A DNA stretch of 64,000 bases from a virus: positions 5,937-69,936 of IMG/VR virus record IMGVR_UViG_3300043436_003510; one strand, given 5' to 3'. A program made the translations under genes and the position numbers. The notes below the pieces were generated by a model that worked only from the letters and a program-made list of their open reading frames with translations, was not told the origin of the DNA and did not search any database. Shown one piece after another: positions 22,732 through 32,871 of this stretch (position 1 is the first letter of the stretch; each line of letters begins with the position of its first letter).

Positions 22732-23894
22732 CGTGTGTCATCCAATCTGTCTAAATCGTTTAAATCTGCCTCTTCCTGCTGAGCAGCAGCGAGACGCATG
22801 GTGTGCGCTCTTGTTTTGGGACCAACAGGATTAGGGCTTGTCACTTGGAACTCGTTAAGAAGAAGAGTTCTAATCAAAGAGTCAAGAGGGTACGAGAACG
22901 GGTCTTTTGCCTGCTTCTTTCTAAACTCTCCAGCGAATTTATATGCAGAAGCCTGAAAGCCAGGAGTCAACATATTTTCCTCAATACAGTCTCTGACGCC
23001 ATCCCAACCCCTTGAAACATAATCAAGGACTAACCCCTCAATGTTGAACGAAGACCACCATCTGCGCTGAGCATCAACCTGCGGGTAACACTCATAGAGC
23101 CTGTCAAAAAAATCAGGCTCAGTTGCAACCACATCGCCAAGACGACGAGAAGCAACCGCATGCAAGGGGATGCCAACCCGAGTGTTGCTACCAGTGATAG
23201 AAGCAATGTCGTAATACTCGCAATACTCTGCGCCATGTTCTTCAGTAATAAACTTTAAAACATCATCTGTTGTCCAGTCGTAAATGACTTTTGCAAACCT
23301 CAAAGGAACAGATTTTTTCATCCTAAAAGGAATGTTGATGTAGTTCTCGTGGAGTTTTTGAACACATGACCTGTAGCGAATCATTGACTCGTTCGCCCGA
23401 ACACCAGTAAGGAAAGCCGTTCTGCCCGTCTTTCCCTGCATTGTATAAAAGTCAATAGTCTCAGGTACTGGGCGTGATGGGTCAATGCCAAAATGTTCTG
23501 CCTTGATAGCGAAATCTGGCATCTCCCTAACAAGCCTCCCTCGTTTTTCTCTTTCTGGAGACCAGAGAAGAGCATATTCACGGCGACCCAAAACCCACAC
23601 TTCTTGACCAACTGGAAGGCAATACCATTCCATGTCAACCCAGTCGTAATCCCTAACTTTCATAATAAAATCAATAACCAGCGGACTGACCATTTCTTCA
23701 TCACGAAAAATAACTTTTACTGGTCCAAGACCGCGTTCTTCATGGATTTCTTTTGCCAAATAAAGAATTGCTGTTGAGTCTTTGCCACCAGAAAACTGGA
23801 CACATACCGTGTCAAAAGTGTCGTAGATGTGCCTGATTCTTTGCCGAGCGGCATCAACACAGGAGATATCTAGAAACATTCTTTGACGAGTCAT
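22728..23894 (-). CDS. PAPS-reductase-family PP-loop protein (IbrA-like)
   Basis: FSGGKDS, F.DEE, WYCLP, GVRANES..R, IYDW...DV motifs. Confidence 0.85.
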   Translation of the reverse strand: MTRQRMFLDISCVDAARQRIRHIYDTFDTVCVQFSGGKDSTAILYLAKEIHEERGLGPVKVIFRDEEMVSPLVIDFIMKVRDYDWVDMEWYCLPVGQEVWVLGRREYALLWSPEREKRGRLVREMPDFAIKAEHFGIDPSRPVPETIDFYTMQGKTGRTAFLTGVRANESMIRYRSCVQKLHENYINIPFRMKKSVPLRFAKVIYDWTTDDVLKFITEEHGAEYCEYYDIASITGSNTRVGIPLHAVASRRLGDVVATEPDFFDRLYECYPQVDAQRRWWSSFNIEGLVLDYVSRGWDGVRDCIEENMLTPGFQASAYKFAGEFRKKQAKDPFSYPLDSLIRTLLLNEFQVTSPNPVGPKTRAHTMRLAAAQQEEADLNDLDRLDDTR

Positions 23895-23895
23895 G

Positions 23896-24417
23896 TCACT
23901 TATCCAGGTAGTCGGTCATTGTGTCTTCATTGATGTTTTCAAAATCCCAACGACCATCAAGAGAAGCCCAAAGCGCAGCGTCTATGGGGGTTGCCTCCAT
24001 CTCGTATTCACGCATCTTCTGTTTGTGTGATTCAATCGCCTTACGCAGGAATTCAACCGTCTTTAGTCGCTCCTCCACGGCATCAGTACCAAGAGCAATC
24101 ATGCGTGCTACTTCGTCTAGGCGGGAAGTTACATGAAACTTAAATCGTTCAATCTTCTTCCGCCTGTTATCAGATTCGGCTGTTGTTTCAGCAATGAGCC
24201 GAATGCCGTCTTCGCCAAGTTCTTGATACCTAGCAACTTCTTCTTGGTTTCTTTCATGAATCAATTTAAGTTGATTGTCAAGGTTGTTTGCAAGGGCTTG
24301 AACAGCCCTGTGCCAACGGCTCCAGTTCTCAGGCAGACATAAATAATCACGCTGCTCATCTGAGGCGTTGTTTTTAATTTCTTCGGCTACAAGCCGAGCA
24401 AAAGCATCATCGTTCAT
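23896..24417 (-). CDS. Hypothetical coiled-coil protein
   Basis: ORF coupled by ATGA overlap; D.ALW motif. Confidence 0.7.
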   Translation of the reverse strand: MNDDAFARLVAEEIKNNASDEQRDYLCLPENWSRWHRAVQALANNLDNQLKLIHERNQEEVARYQELGEDGIRLIAETTAESDNRRKKIERFKFHVTSRLDEVARMIALGTDAVEERLKTVEFLRKAIESHKQKMREYEMEATPIDAALWASLDGRWDFENINEDTMTDYLDK

Positions 24418-25190
24418 TTTCTATTACTCCATATTGGGCAGATTGTTTTAAAAGAGCACCAGTCGCATAACTTGTGCTTGATTGGTTCAAATACACCAGA
24501 TTCACATCGTTCGTCAATTCCTTTGCGGACTTCTACAACGGTTGACCTGACTTGTTCCCTGTCGGAATCTTCCATTTTTCTAGCAAGACGAACAGAGTCT
24601 TTGATAAACAACAATTCAACCGCAGATACGGTTTCTTTCAGTTGCTTTTCAATTACATATCCGTACAGGAAAAGTTGAAAGTATTTATCTTCTTGGAACC
24701 TTGGTGCTGGCGCTTTGCCAGTTTTGTAGTCACCGATGATGATTCCATCTTCAGTTCTACGCCACCTATCTATAAATCCCTTAATAGCGACACCATCAAT
24801 ATCGTTATTGAGTTCGGTCTCTAGGCCGTCAAAATTGATTTCTGAAGGTTTTTCCATAGAGAAAAGATTTTCAATGCACCACCAAGAGGTCCATCTAAAC
24901 ATTCTCCTGTCCTTTTCGCCACGGACATACGGAAGTGTTTTTTCTTCATATTCGTTTTCCCACCAGTCTTTAGCCAACTGGCGAGCACTCTCAATTGTTC
25001 TGTGTTCCGCAGGGAGTCCATACAAATCTTCCAAGACAGAGTGAACATAGTTACCACGAAGAGTTGCCTCTGTGGGTGGTTCCGTAAGCCCATCAATGCG
25101 TGAAAGTTTGTACTTTAAAGGACACTGTTGGAATGTTGAAATAGACGAAGGTGATAAATATTCGGGTGCTTTGAGTAGGGGATTACTCAT
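24414..25190 (-). CDS. RecB/Cas4-like PD-(D/E)XK exonuclease with Fe-S cysteines
   Basis: LSPSSI..FQQCPLKY, GFIDR, DYKTG, QL..Y, CDWC...CP; start at ATG 25190. Confidence 0.85.
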   Translation of the reverse strand: MSNPLLKAPEYLSPSSISTFQQCPLKYKLSRIDGLTEPPTEATLRGNYVHSVLEDLYGLPAEHRTIESARQLAKDWWENEYEEKTLPYVRGEKDRRMFRWTSWWCIENLFSMEKPSEINFDGLETELNNDIDGVAIKGFIDRWRRTEDGIIIGDYKTGKAPAPRFQEDKYFQLFLYGYVIEKQLKETVSAVELLFIKDSVRLARKMEDSDREQVRSTVVEVRKGIDERCESGVFEPIKHKLCDWCSFKTICPIWSNRK

Positions 25191-25974
25191 TGTCCTGCGT
25201 TTCGCCATTAAACGAAATGCGAACACACTCGCCAATCAAAGCCTCAAGGTCATCTGTTGTCGCAGTTGCCAGTGTTGGTTTTGGACGACCACCAGCGTGT
25301 TCTGTCCAGAACTTGTTCAGTTGCGCTTTTCCGTCAGCGCCAAACCCGCCAACAAGACTTGTGAAACTTGTCCACATTTCTTCAATCTGTGGGTCAACAA
25401 GTTTCTGTACTACTGGAGCAGGAGCCTCTGTCGCTTCCATTGCTTCTTCTGTACGAGCAAGATAAAGACCCACACCAATAGCCTGAGCAGCCTTTTTGAG
25501 CGCATCAGATACTGCGCCTTTAAATTCGTCTCCGAGGTCAACGATGTCGCCCTGCTTAGTGCGTTTGATTTTCTGACCGCCGAATCCGTCTTTCGTTACG
25601 CTGACAAACTTGTCTGTACCTGGATAGATACTCATTCGGACATGTGCGACGATGAAATCAGGGTCAAGAGAGTCGCGCTCACATTTGATGATTTCGTATG
25701 ACCAAGCGTCAAAGCCGAGAACTTTATTTAGTCGTGTAATTACTTCACTGACTGGAATGTAAGTTAAGTAAGTGCCGCCCTTTTTTAGTTGACGCTGAAC
25801 TTCTGGAGGGAATGGTTCCGAAAGTTCTCGTTGCACTCTGACAAGGTGCTCTTTCTCTTCCTTACGGATTTTATTCCAGTTGTTAATTTCGCTAGTGAAG
25901 TCACGAGTTGCAACTTGTTCACTAGCGATGATTTCTTCCTCAGGTGGTGTAATTGTCTTTTTTGTAGCAGCCAC
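25183..25974 (-). CDS. Rad52/Rad22-like single-strand annealing protein
   Basis: LTYI....V..RLN.VLG...WS, KGAVSDALKKAA..IGVGLYL. Confidence 0.85.
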   Translation of the reverse strand: MAATKKTITPPEEEIIASEQVATRDFTSEINNWNKIRKEEKEHLVRVQRELSEPFPPEVQRQLKKGGTYLTYIPVSEVITRLNKVLGFDAWSYEIIKCERDSLDPDFIVAHVRMSIYPGTDKFVSVTKDGFGGQKIKRTKQGDIVDLGDEFKGAVSDALKKAAQAIGVGLYLARTEEAMEATEAPAPVVQKLVDPQIEEMWTSFTSLVGGFGADGKAQLNKFWTEHAGGRPKPTLATATTDDLEALIGECVRISFNGETQDNE

Positions 25975-26477
25975 TATTTGGCCTTTCTAATAATGATATT
26001 TGTTTTGTAGTCACCGACTTCGCAGTAATTATCTGCGTTAATGCCAAACTTTGCAAGTTCCTTGACCCTCCAATAGGAAGGCTGAATAAAGTCCAACATC
26101 TTGACGGCGATTTCCTGAGGGGACAGTACCACTTCCCCTGTGTCTAAGTCAATAGCAGATTCCATGATTTTGCGAGACACCGTTGTCGCCAGTGTTTCGT
26201 GGTCCCATTTCTTTCTGTCTGCAGCACCGCGTACTTCAATTGTTACTGGACCAACAGACATGTCTTCAACTTTTGCATTTTGAAAAACGGTCATGACCTT
26301 TGTGGAGTAAAAAGAGTAAAGGTCGCCCATTGTGCTTTTTACTTCATGCAACTTAACCAAAGATTCACCAACTTCTTCAAGTGATGGTTCTGATTCCAGG
26401 AATTCGTTGAGTTGGTCTTCAACATCCATAAGTTGTCTAATAAGTTTTGTTAGTACATCATTGGCATTGGTAGCCAT
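25974..26477 (-). CDS. Hypothetical protein in recombination module
   Basis: Start reassigned to ATG 26477 (GAAGGA RBS); RKKWDH, D.DTGE, YWRV..L...GI.AD.YC. Confidence 0.65.
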   Translation of the reverse strand: MATNANDVLTKLIRQLMDVEDQLNEFLESEPSLEEVGESLVKLHEVKSTMGDLYSFYSTKVMTVFQNAKVEDMSVGPVTIEVRGAADRKKWDHETLATTVSRKIMESAIDLDTGEVVLSPQEIAVKMLDFIQPSYWRVKELAKFGINADNYCEVGDYKTNIIIRKAK

Positions 26478-26511
26478 AATTTTCCTTCGTAGATAGTTAT
26501 TACAATATTTA

Positions 26512-27816
26512 CTAAATGATGATAGCGGCTCTTCTGCGCTGAGGCAAGCCCAAACCTGCCAAATATGTAAATGCACCTACAGCAGAGTCAACTTGGTCAT
26601 CGTGATTGACTGCCTCAGGGAACGAAGCAAATTCATCTAGCCAGTCAGTAAGCCACGAACTTCGTACAAGGCGCACATTCCCGTTAGCCACAGCGGCAGC
26701 GAATGGGCGAGCACGGGTGACTTTGTCTCCAGAGGAGCGCAGACCAATCAAGTCGTACCCAGGGACGACATAGCGGGCGTACTGGTCAATAAGGGCTTTT
26801 CCGCTAGAGCCTGGTTCTTGTTCAATTCTGATTGACACCATGTGTCCATCTTCGGCGGCAGTTTGAGCGATTAGTTGTTCCACCTTTTCGCCTCTTGCCC
26901 TTATCTTACGGACATCCATAATATAGGCAATACCTTGGTCAAAGAGCATTAGTGTACCAACGGTCCAGTCAGGGTCTGGGTTTCCAGAGTGTGGCTCAGT
27001 AGCCGCCAAGTCCCAAAATCTCACAGCACGAGCAGCGGATGTGACCTGCGGCACATCTGTTGGGTCAATAATGACAAAGTCTTCACGATTGAACAAAGTA
27101 CCAAGACTTGTAGACCACCAATCACCGTGCTCAAGACGGCGACGCTCAACAGGGTCAAGGGCTGAAAGTGCCTGACGATACGAATCAGCGTCAATTCCAG
27201 GGTTGTCCGTCAAAAGGCTCGGGACAAAGATTCTCCCCGTATTGTGACCCTCCACGATAAATCTCTGCCTAACCCAATTAGGGGCAGGGTTTGAAGCGGC
27301 CCTCATCCGAAGAGGTACCTGAGACAGCGGACCGCTAGCAGGGCGACGAAGACGAGAGAAAAGGTACCTATAGTCAGATTCACGGATTTCGGTGACTTCG
27401 TCCATGCCGATGAACTGGAATTCGGAACCCTTGTATCTGAGATAGTCGTTTGTGTTGTTTAGATATCCGAACGAAATTCTTGCCCCAGACGGAAATGTGG
27501 CTACATAGGAGTTGGCGTTCCAGTGAATGTCATCATAATTAGCCATCCACGACTTGAATCTGTCCATGAGCGCACCAGGAAGGGACAAGTCAGCAAATGT
27601 ACGACGGAAAAGAATTGCCGAATAACCAGGAACATCCACATACTGAAGTGCCGACATCAGCAAAGCGGAAGACTTTCCACCACCAGCAGCGCCACCGAAG
27701 AGACCTTCTAGCGCATAGGTGCGCAAAAATACTTTTTGTGTGATTGAGGGTGTCTCTGGGCAAAAAGATGGTTCTTTAGGCTGCAGATAATCGTAAACGG
27801 CATTCCAGTCAGGCAT
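26512..27816 (-). CDS. terL: Terminase large subunit
   Basis: Walker A GGAAGGGKS, Walker B IGMDE, ASNP, RFWDLAAT and HDDQVDS nuclease motifs. Confidence 0.92.
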   Translation of the reverse strand: MPDWNAVYDYLQPKEPSFCPETPSITQKVFLRTYALEGLFGGAAGGGKSSALLMSALQYVDVPGYSAILFRRTFADLSLPGALMDRFKSWMANYDDIHWNANSYVATFPSGARISFGYLNNTNDYLRYKGSEFQFIGMDEVTEIRESDYRYLFSRLRRPASGPLSQVPLRMRAASNPAPNWVRQRFIVEGHNTGRIFVPSLLTDNPGIDADSYRQALSALDPVERRRLEHGDWWSTSLGTLFNREDFVIIDPTDVPQVTSAARAVRFWDLAATEPHSGNPDPDWTVGTLMLFDQGIAYIMDVRKIRARGEKVEQLIAQTAAEDGHMVSIRIEQEPGSSGKALIDQYARYVVPGYDLIGLRSSGDKVTRARPFAAAVANGNVRLVRSSWLTDWLDEFASFPEAVNHDDQVDSAVGAFTYLAGLGLPQRRRAAIII

Positions 27817-27920
27817 TGTTATCTCCTAGGTGAAAACTCTACTATTTTCAACAGGTAAAAACGGGATAAAGTCGTTCTTGTAATGACAAAACACAAAGAA
27901 TAGGCTAATGTGCTTTCACC

Positions 27921-28151
27921 ATGGTGACTGAAAAACGAAAGCGTCCTCGCTTTAATAAACTTCGTGTGCAACTCGCCCAACTTAGGGTAAAATCAATAAA
28001 AGCGATGAATAGAGGCAATGCTGCCCACTTGTTCATGATTTTTTTTGTATTATTTAATTCAATGGGTGCGTGGATGATTGCGCCCCAATACGGATTAATA
28101 ACGGCTGGAGTTTGTTCTGGCCTCTACGGGTACTTGTTAGGAAACGAATAA
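27921..28151 (+). CDS. Small membrane protein upstream of portal
   Basis: Basic N-terminus plus two hydrophobic segments. Confidence 0.65.
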   Translation: MVTEKRKRPRFNKLRVQLAQLRVKSIKAMNRGNAAHLFMIFFVLFNSMGAWMIAPQYGLITAGVCSGLYGYLLGNE

Positions 28152-28154
28152 CAC

Positions 28155-30347
28155 ATGGCATGGAATTCCAATAAGTCGCTCAGCGGATACGACCAAAAAG
28201 CAATGCTTAATGCAGGCGCTCCTGTTGCATTTAACCCTTCATTTGCAGGGAAACCCTATAGCGACTCTTGGGATATTGAGCGCGCATATCGTGAAGGAAT
28301 GCAGAAGGTAACTTGGGTTTTTAGATGTATTGATGCCATTGCTGGTAATCAGGCACGCCTCCCCATGGTTCTCAAGAAAGACAACTCTCCGCAAGGTGCA
28401 GTGATTTCTAAAAAAGACTCAATTCTTGACATCTTGAATTCAAAGTCAAACCAAGGTGAAAACTCATTCATCTTCCGATACAGACTTTCAGCGCAACTCT
28501 TGATGAGTAGCCGAGGCGCTTTTATTGAAAAAGTCCTTGGTCGCGATGGTCGCGTAATTGCCCTCCATCTTCTACCACCGCAACACACCCGCCCCATTCC
28601 AGACCCCAAAAAGTTTGTTTCTGGTTTTGAAGTTGACATGCGAAATGGCACCAAGGTGTATCTCAAACCAGAGCAAGTGATTTGGGTTCGTCGTCCCCAT
28701 CCGCTTGACCCATACCTCTCCATCACTCCCATGGAATCTGCAGGCGTAGCAATTGAGATTGAAAACCTTGCAAAACTGTATAACCGTAACTATCTTCTAA
28801 ACGATGGCCGACCAGGAGGTCTTCTTGTTGTTCGTGGAGAAATTGATGACGACGACAAAGATGAATTGCGCAATAGGTTCCGCGGGAACTTAGGCAAGAC
28901 TGGCGCAACAACGGTTATCTCCTCCGATGATGGTGTTGACTTCGTTGATACATCGGCAAGCCCACGAGATGCCGCCTATATGCAAATGCGTCAAATTACA
29001 AAAGAAGAAATTCTTTCAGCCTTTGGTGTTCCAGAGTCAGCAATTGGAAACGCTGCTGGTCGTACATTCTCTAATGCTGGAGAAGAGTTGCGTGTCTTTT
29101 GGATGGAAACAATGCTTCCTCATCTTGACTCACTTGCTCGCGCACTTGACGACCTTGACGAGCGTTACTATGTTGATTTTGACACAAGCAGTGTTCCTAT
29201 TCTGATTGTTGCCAAGCAGGAGCGGGCTCGCTATCTGATGGATGAATTCCAACAAGGTTTGATTTCAGCAAACGAATATCGTGACGGAACAGGCAAGAAG
29301 AAGGTTGACTCCGAATTGGCTGACAGTCTTCTGCAGAACCCCAACCAAACGCCTATTGCTAACACGGAGAAGCCGTTTAAGCCAGAAGAGCAACAGCCAG
29401 TTGATATGGCTGCAGGCGCTGCTGCTGGTCCCCCAGGGCTTCCTATGACTTCCCCAGAGGTACCACCAGAAGATTTGGCAGCCGCTGGAATAGCGCCAAC
29501 ACCAGAAGGAACACCAACCAGTCTTGAAACGACGGTTGCACCAACTCCTGAAGGGGCTTTGAGTGCCGAGTTTGGCGGCATGGAATACAAGTCTGCTGAA
29601 ATGTCCTTTGATGACGATTGGGGAATCAAAGCCGAACAAGACTCAGACAGATGGACAGAAATTCTTGACCGTACCCTTGAGCGATACTACGAGCGCCAGC
29701 AAAGAGTTATCTCAGAAAAAGCAAGTGGTGCGAAGTCTCGCAAAGCACTCTCGGCAAAGACCCTAGAAATTGAAACAATCTTTGATTCAGAAGTATGGGC
29801 AAAGCAACTCAATGAAGATGTAAGACCAATGCTCAAGGCGATTGCCATAGATGCTGTAGCGCTTGCTGCGCAAAGAACTGGGATGCCTGAAGAAGCAGAA
29901 GAGTCAGAGGTTGACAAAATCGTGGATGAACAAATCCAACGCATGGAGAAAGCCAACAGCACAACCAAGGAAGAGATTGCCGCCGCCCTGATTATTGCTA
30001 TGGCTATGGGTGACGATGAAGACAGAATCGGCTTACTTAAAGCGGCTCTTGCTGCAATCTTTGCCAACCTGCTTGGCAAGAGAAAGCGAGCAATCGCAGA
30101 ACAAGAGGCTCAGACTTCCTACAACGCTGGAACATTTCTCAGTGGAATCCAGATGGGTGGCGGAACAAAAACATGGGTTACGCGCCGCGACTCACGAGTA
30201 CGAGGAGAGCACATGCTTCTCCACGGCAACACGGTCAACATGAAGGATGCTTTTAGTGTTGATGGTTCTTCTTTGAGATTTCCTGGCGACCCTCTTGCTC
30301 CCATAGGACTAACCATTAACTGCAGATGCAGATTGAGGTTTGACTAA
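28155..30347 (+). CDS. HK97-type portal protein fused to a MuF/gpF-like minor head domain
   Basis: WVFRCIDAIA, NDGRPGG, I..AFGVP portal motifs; Pro-rich linker; C-terminal KTW....D.RVR..H....G...FPGDP......NCRC. Confidence 0.9.
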   Translation: MAWNSNKSLSGYDQKAMLNAGAPVAFNPSFAGKPYSDSWDIERAYREGMQKVTWVFRCIDAIAGNQARLPMVLKKDNSPQGAVISKKDSILDILNSKSNQGENSFIFRYRLSAQLLMSSRGAFIEKVLGRDGRVIALHLLPPQHTRPIPDPKKFVSGFEVDMRNGTKVYLKPEQVIWVRRPHPLDPYLSITPMESAGVAIEIENLAKLYNRNYLLNDGRPGGLLVVRGEIDDDDKDELRNRFRGNLGKTGATTVISSDDGVDFVDTSASPRDAAYMQMRQITKEEILSAFGVPESAIGNAAGRTFSNAGEELRVFWMETMLPHLDSLARALDDLDERYYVDFDTSSVPILIVAKQERARYLMDEFQQGLISANEYRDGTGKKKVDSELADSLLQNPNQTPIANTEKPFKPEEQQPVDMAAGAAAGPPGLPMTSPEVPPEDLAAAGIAPTPEGTPTSLETTVAPTPEGALSAEFGGMEYKSAEMSFDDDWGIKAEQDSDRWTEILDRTLERYYERQQRVISEKASGAKSRKALSAKTLEIETIFDSEVWAKQLNEDVRPMLKAIAIDAVALAAQRTGMPEEAEESEVDKIVDEQIQRMEKANSTTKEEIAAALIIAMAMGDDEDRIGLLKAALAAIFANLLGKRKRAIAEQEAQTSYNAGTFLSGIQMGGGTKTWVTRRDSRVRGEHMLLHGNTVNMKDAFSVDGSSLRFPGDPLAPIGLTINCRCRLRFD

Positions 30348-30664
30348 TGCCAGTGGTGCAACTGTCCGAATCTTCCTTTAAGGACTTTGTTAAATTAAAC
30401 AGAATTACTGTCGTTGACTTTTGGGCTGAATGGTGCGGTCCTTGCAAAGTGATGGAACCGATTATTAGGTCTTTGAGCAATGAATTGTCTGGCTCTGTTG
30501 CGTTTGGCGCTGTAAATGTTGATGAGCATGAAAAATTGGCTCTTGGGCAGGCGATTATGAGCATCCCTACGATGATTATTTACTCTCGCGGTATTGAGGT
30601 TGACAGGATTATCGGCTCTCGCAGTGCCGAGAAACTCAAAGAAGAAATCTCCAAATACATCTAG
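30347..30664 (+). CDS. trxA: Thioredoxin
   Basis: VVDFWAEWCGPCK and SIPT. Confidence 0.95.
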   Translation: MPVVQLSESSFKDFVKLNRITVVDFWAEWCGPCKVMEPIIRSLSNELSGSVAFGAVNVDEHEKLALGQAIMSIPTMIIYSRGIEVDRIIGSRSAEKLKEEISKYI

Positions 30665-30694
30665 TTTACTGAAACCTGACCGAGTTTACTGAAA
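30663..30694. promoter_or_regulatory. 12-bp direct repeat upstream of protease gene
   Basis: agtttactgaaa at 30663 and 30683. Confidence 0.4.
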
Positions 30695-30780
30695 GTATTT
30701 ACAAAATATACTGATTGTTGCCGAAACCAACGACAGTTATGGTTTATTGTGTATCAAGACCCGTTGATTTTGGAGTTTCT

Positions 30781-32856
30781 ATGCCGCATGTAAACGAGCA
30801 TGACATTATTGGTGCTGAATACAAGGCGATGCAAGGCCAAGTTAATGTTGACGAAGCCCAAGGTATTGTTGAATGCTTCGCTGCAGGGCTTGGAAACAAA
30901 GACTCTGTTGGCGATATCTGCCTGCCAGGATGCTTTAATGAAAGTCTCAAGCGTCGCAAGCCTCGCGTTGTTTGGGGACACAACTGGAACGAACCAATCG
31001 GCAAGGTTATTGAAATCTACGAGGTTGGACCAAACGACCCGCGTCTCCCTATGAAAATGAAGCGTGCTGGAATCGGTGGACTCTACGCCAGAGTTCAGTT
31101 TAATTTGAAATCAGAGCGTGGTCGCCAAGCCTTTGCTGATGTCTCTTTCTTTGGAGAAGAGCAGGAGTGGTCAATCGGCTACAAGACGCTTAATGCCGAC
31201 TATGACAGCCAGCGTCAGGCAAACCTTCTTCGTGAGGTTGAACTTTATGAGGTTTCCCCTGTTCTTCATGGCGCTAACCAATTGACTGGAACAATCTCTA
31301 TTAAGTCCGAAGAGCAAGAAGAAGATGCAGAAAAGGGCAAATACCCAACATCTATCTATCGTGCTGAACGAGAAGAAGACGACGATTCTGACTACACAGG
31401 ACCACGAGGGCCTGACGGTGGTGTCCCAGCAGGCAACCCAGCAATGGGTCGTGCAGGGAACTTGGCTCGTGCTTTAGCAATGCGTTTCGGTGGAGCGGTT
31501 CGTCTTCGCAACGCAGACCCTAACATGGCTATTTTTGACCACATGGACAAGCAAAACAAAAAGCAGACGCTTAGAGTTACTTACCATTTTGACGGCGATG
31601 AATTCATGTTTGGCAACCCAGTAAAGGTTCGTCAAGAAACTGTCTATCTTCCAGTTGAAAAGCCCGATGTTGATATTGACGACAGGGAAGAAACGCCTTC
31701 CAGCCCAAGCCCAATCACTCAGCAATACCAGCGAGAGATGGAAGAATACCCAGCACTGCCTGGTGGCGTTAAGCCAAAAATGTGCAAGTGTGGATGCATG
31801 GGCAAAACAGGAGACGAAGAAGTCGCTGAAGATGACCTTGATATGAAGGCTCCTCAAGATGCGATTTTGGATGTCCCTCAAGAGCAAATCACTGGCGACA
31901 TCATGCGTGGTTACGGTCCTCGCCGTGGCAACCTTGAAAAACTTCTGCGTTACTGGCGTCCAATCATGAAAAAGCCTGGTGGCTTCCGTCGTTGCAAGGT
32001 AATTCTTGCTGACCACCCAGAACTGTACCCATTGAACAATATCTGTGCATGGTTGCATCATGAAACTACTGGTCTGTGGCCAAACGAGGGGTGTCATCAC
32101 CCAGGAATGAAAAACTGCAAAAAGAAGATTCGTGGAGTCCGTGATGGCTCAATCTTTAGCGACAGTGAGTTTAACGAAAGACTTCAGTCTGCCTTCAAAA
32201 AGGGCGACGACATGGAAGACCTTGATGGAATGTCCCCCGAAGAATGGGAAAAGAAAGCAATGATGGAACTCAAGACTTTCTTTGACTCAGACCCAGAAAT
32301 GAAGAAGTACATCAACGATGACTCAAACTGGGAACATGAAGGCGAAGAAGAAAAAGGCGGCTGGGTAGTTCATGGTCGTATGGACACCGAGCCTGGCAAG
32401 AAGCCAGGAGGCTGCGGATGCGGCTGTGACGGTCCTGCAAGCAGTGGACCAAAGCCTGCCAGACCCGTAATGCGTCTGATTAATGTCATGTCTGAACTGG
32501 AAAAATCAATCAATGAAGAGATGCAGACAAAGGCTGGGCGCGTCATCAGTAACCGCAACATGCAGAAACTTCAGCAGGCTATGGAATTACTACAAGAAGT
32601 AGTTGCGGTCTCCAAGCCTTCAGATGAGCCTGTAGTTCAGGTTAAGTCAAATGGCATGATGAGAATTACGGCACCAGTTGACGACCTTTTTGATATCAAG
32701 TCACTGATTGACCCAATTATTGACTTCCACGGAATTGATGCCGAAGTTGGCGAGACGGGAATCTATTTTGGTAGTAGTGTCTCAACTGAAGCAAAAAGTG
32801 CGATGATTAATGCTCTTTCGGCATATAAAGATTCACACAAACAGGACAATCACTAA
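30781..32856 (+). CDS. HK97-family prohead protease with long C-terminal extension
   Basis: DSVGD....G.F, W.H....PIG, WSIGY, L.EV.LYEVSPV..GAN; GGAG RBS before ATG 30781. Confidence 0.9.
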   Translation: MPHVNEHDIIGAEYKAMQGQVNVDEAQGIVECFAAGLGNKDSVGDICLPGCFNESLKRRKPRVVWGHNWNEPIGKVIEIYEVGPNDPRLPMKMKRAGIGGLYARVQFNLKSERGRQAFADVSFFGEEQEWSIGYKTLNADYDSQRQANLLREVELYEVSPVLHGANQLTGTISIKSEEQEEDAEKGKYPTSIYRAEREEDDDSDYTGPRGPDGGVPAGNPAMGRAGNLARALAMRFGGAVRLRNADPNMAIFDHMDKQNKKQTLRVTYHFDGDEFMFGNPVKVRQETVYLPVEKPDVDIDDREETPSSPSPITQQYQREMEEYPALPGGVKPKMCKCGCMGKTGDEEVAEDDLDMKAPQDAILDVPQEQITGDIMRGYGPRRGNLEKLLRYWRPIMKKPGGFRRCKVILADHPELYPLNNICAWLHHETTGLWPNEGCHHPGMKNCKKKIRGVRDGSIFSDSEFNERLQSAFKKGDDMEDLDGMSPEEWEKKAMMELKTFFDSDPEMKKYINDDSNWEHEGEEEKGGWVVHGRMDTEPGKKPGGCGCGCDGPASSGPKPARPVMRLINVMSELEKSINEEMQTKAGRVISNRNMQKLQQAMELLQEVVAVSKPSDEPVVQVKSNGMMRITAPVDDLFDIKSLIDPIIDFHGIDAEVGETGIYFGSSVSTEAKSAMINALSAYKDSHKQDNH

Positions 32857-32871
32857 GAGCGGAATACTCAA

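Noticed and set aside
24414-25190. Cas4 as evidence of CRISPR adaptation
   Set aside because: It is coupled to a Rad52-like annealase, the usual phage exonuclease/SSAP recombination pair
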